NCBI RefSeq assembly: GCF_004010195.1
Contig: NC_057755.1
Coordinates: 1,291,306 to 1,355,305, forward strand
Direction: 5' to 3'
Length of the DNA stretch: 64,000 nt
From: Chiloscyllium plagiosum
Taxonomy: Eukaryota
In this document: positions 61,486-64,000 of the stretch, in pieces
Layout: each line of letters begins with the position of its first letter
How positions within the stretch are numbered: the first letter of the stretch is position 1
Position numbers and translations under genes: made by a program
Notes under the pieces: generated by a model
The model's database searches: none
What the model saw: the letters and a program-made list of their open reading frames with translations, nothing else
Told to the model about the DNA's origin: nothing

Positions 61486-61659
61486 CCATGTTTTTGCAAG
61501 GTGAGGATCACATGAGGTAAAAATTAAGCGTAATTGCAGTTGCACTACATTAACCACCCTTATGAAAAGATGGATTGCAAAATGAATTGTGCCAAGAGTG
61601 ACAAACTGGAGCTCAAATCAAGCCTATTCATAAGACGGGACAGGAAAATAAGTGTAATA

Positions 61660-62135
61660 AGAATGTAAGAGATAGGAACAGGAGGAGGCCATTCAGCCTC
61701 TTGAGCCTGCTCCAGCATCCAATACGATCACGGCTGATCTCTACTCAGCCTGAACTCCACTTTCCTTTTCCTATCCCCATAACCCTTCAACGTATTACTA
61801 GTTAAAAATCTGTCTATCTCCTACTTAAATTTGTTCTGTGTTCCAGCATTTCTACAGGAGTGAATTCCACAGATTCATAACCCTTTTAGAGTAGGAATTC
61901 CTGCTCATCATTGTTTTATATTTGTCACCCTTTAAAACTATATGATCTCCCATTCTAGAGCGGGGACACATCCTCTCTTCATCTATTTTGTCAATTCCTT
62001 TTAGTTTCTTGCATACTTCAATTAGATCTTCCCCAATTCCCCCTAGTGAATCTGGGCCGAAGCTGTTCAGTCTCTCCTCATAAGATAAGCCTTTCATCTC
62101 TGGAATTAACCAAGTGGACTTTCTCTGAACTGCAG
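61660..62135 (-). mobile_element. CR1 LINE 3' fragment
   Basis: MKGLSYEERLN..DLIEVCK (61852..62097); tail ggaacaggaggaggccattcagcc. Confidence 0.8.
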
Positions 62136-63259
62136 TCAGTCTTATTCCAGTTATGTCCTAGTGTTCAGGAATGCCAAGTAAATTACATTTGAATGGTTGT
62201 AATCGATTCGAACTAAACTTATTTTCCATATGCCATCGAATTGCTTTATTTATTTGATGCACATAGAATTTATTGTAGAATTGAAAGATAAAACGCTGCA
62301 GGATCACCTCACATTTGCCTGGATTGAACTCCATATCTGCGACTTCTCTGCCCAACTCCCCAGTCTATCTATATTCTCCTGTATTCATTGACAGTAAAAC
62401 CATAACCCTCACCCTAATCTTATGCGTAATTGGCACAGAACCACTCTGTGATCATAGATTTCAAATCTATTGAGGTATATATTGGAATAGCATGATTTAA
62501 AATAGCAAGAGGAAACATCAACTTTCCTTGTGAAATAACTCACAGAAGAATCAACAACTAAATTTCATGTTGAAACCATTCAAAAGAAAACAAATATTAG
62601 TCAAAATTGATCACAAATGGAATGATAAAGAACATGTCTAACTCTGAACAGTACAAATTCAAGAGTTACCCTTACTTCTCTAAAATTTTGTAACTATCTT
62701 AAAAAGTGCATTCTCTGGTTTATTAACAATCATTTCACATTATGTAAACGCTGGCGCAATTGTGGAGTCTGTAATATGTAGGGAACTGTGGAGAACATAT
62801 CAGTACACAGGTGATCAGTTCAGAATTTGCAGTAGACTTAACAAACTTTACACTGTAATGAAGCAATCAAGGAGCTCACAGAATTCATCACATAAGCAGG
62901 CATTTCCCTATCCCCATAACCCTTCAACGTATTACTAGTTAAAAATCTATCTCCGACTTAAATTTGTTCTGTGTTCCAGCATTTCTACGGGAGTGAATTC
63001 CACAGATTCATAACCCTATTAGAGGAGGAATTCCTCTAAGCAATAACGTAAGCAACAACATTGTTGATTTCGAACACATAATCACAGTTCAGGAGAGGTG
63101 GTGAAAATCTTGTTTAAAATCTGGGTTTCCAAAGGAGAATGGAGGCGAGACAATGGATGGTGAAAGGGGAACCTTATAACTTAGGTCACATGCCTGGACA
63201 ATGGTGGCACAATTAAAATCTGGGACTAAAACACATAAGATGTAGAGAAGTGCGGAAAT

Positions 63260-64000
63260 AGTAGAACAAAGAACAAAACAATTTACAGCCCGGGAGCAGG
63301 CCCTTCAACCCTCCAAGCTTGTGCCAATCCCAATCCACTGTCTAAACCTATCTCCCAATTCCTCAGGATCTGTAGCCCTCTGCTCCCCACCTATTCATGT
63401 ATCTGTCCAGACGCAAGTTAAATGTATCTACCATGCCTGCCTCTACTACATCTGCTGACAATGCATTCCAGGTACCTTCCACCCTCTGTGTAAAGTACTT
63501 TCCGTGTGTATCCCCATTAAACTTTGCTCCTCTCACCTTGAATGCGTGCTCTCTCGTTATTGAATCCCCCACCCTGGGAAAAAAAAAGCTTATCTCTATC
63601 CATCCTGTTTATACCCTTCATGATTTTGTAGACCTCAATCAGGTCCTCTCTCAATCTCCTTTTTATTAATGAAATAAGCCTAACCTACTCAAACTCTCTT
63701 CATGGCTAGCACCTTCCATAGCAAGAAACATCCTTGTAAACCTTCTCTGCACCATCTCCAAACCACCACATCCTTTTGGTAATGTGACGACCAGAACCGT
63801 ACACAGTATTTTAAATGCGGCCGAACCAATGTCAGTTACAATTTTAACATGACCTAGCAACTCATATAGGCATACTCCGTCCGATGAAGGCAAACATTCC
63901 ATCTGCCTTCTTGACCACTCTATCCGCCTGTGCAGCCACCTTCACAGTACAATGGACCTGAGCTCCCAGATATCGTTCCTCATCAACTTTTTCCAAGGCT
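63260..64000 (-). mobile_element. CR1 LINE 3' fragment (runs off the window)
   Basis: LEMVQRRFTRM..LSRLGLF and YFTQRVEGTWNAL motifs; (GAACAAA)-type tail. Confidence 0.85.

Overview
Repeat-dense vertebrate genomic DNA, almost certainly from a cartilaginous fish (shark). This is inferred from HE1-like V-SINEs, Deu-domain SINE-like repeats, abundant CR1 LINEs and a chondrichthyan-type NLR. The only host gene I can support is a + strand NLR (NACHT-LRR) pseudogene spanning ~8.0-39.1 kb. It has three phase-compatible, still-open N-terminal exons, a NACHT exon with five small indels and no normal acceptor, and two broken LRR exons. The first LRR exon lies directly behind a 2.5-kb polypyrimidine satellite whose unit grows 15->21->25 bp. 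The rest is mostly nested mobile DNA: CR1 LINEs (one near full length with an esterase ORF1), a Tx1-like LINE, Copia and Gmr1-type Gypsy relics, a solo LTR, a Harbinger Myb/SANT relic and many Penelope-like (PLE) pieces. The most striking unannotated layer is a set of minimal type-I hammerhead ribozyme motifs from four different PLE-derived families. Several sit in tiny (90-230 bp) non-coding inserts, some of them hairpins, flanked by 11-14 bp target-site duplications. There is one assembly gap (9734-10462). All protein-family calls come from motif recognition by eye, not database searches.
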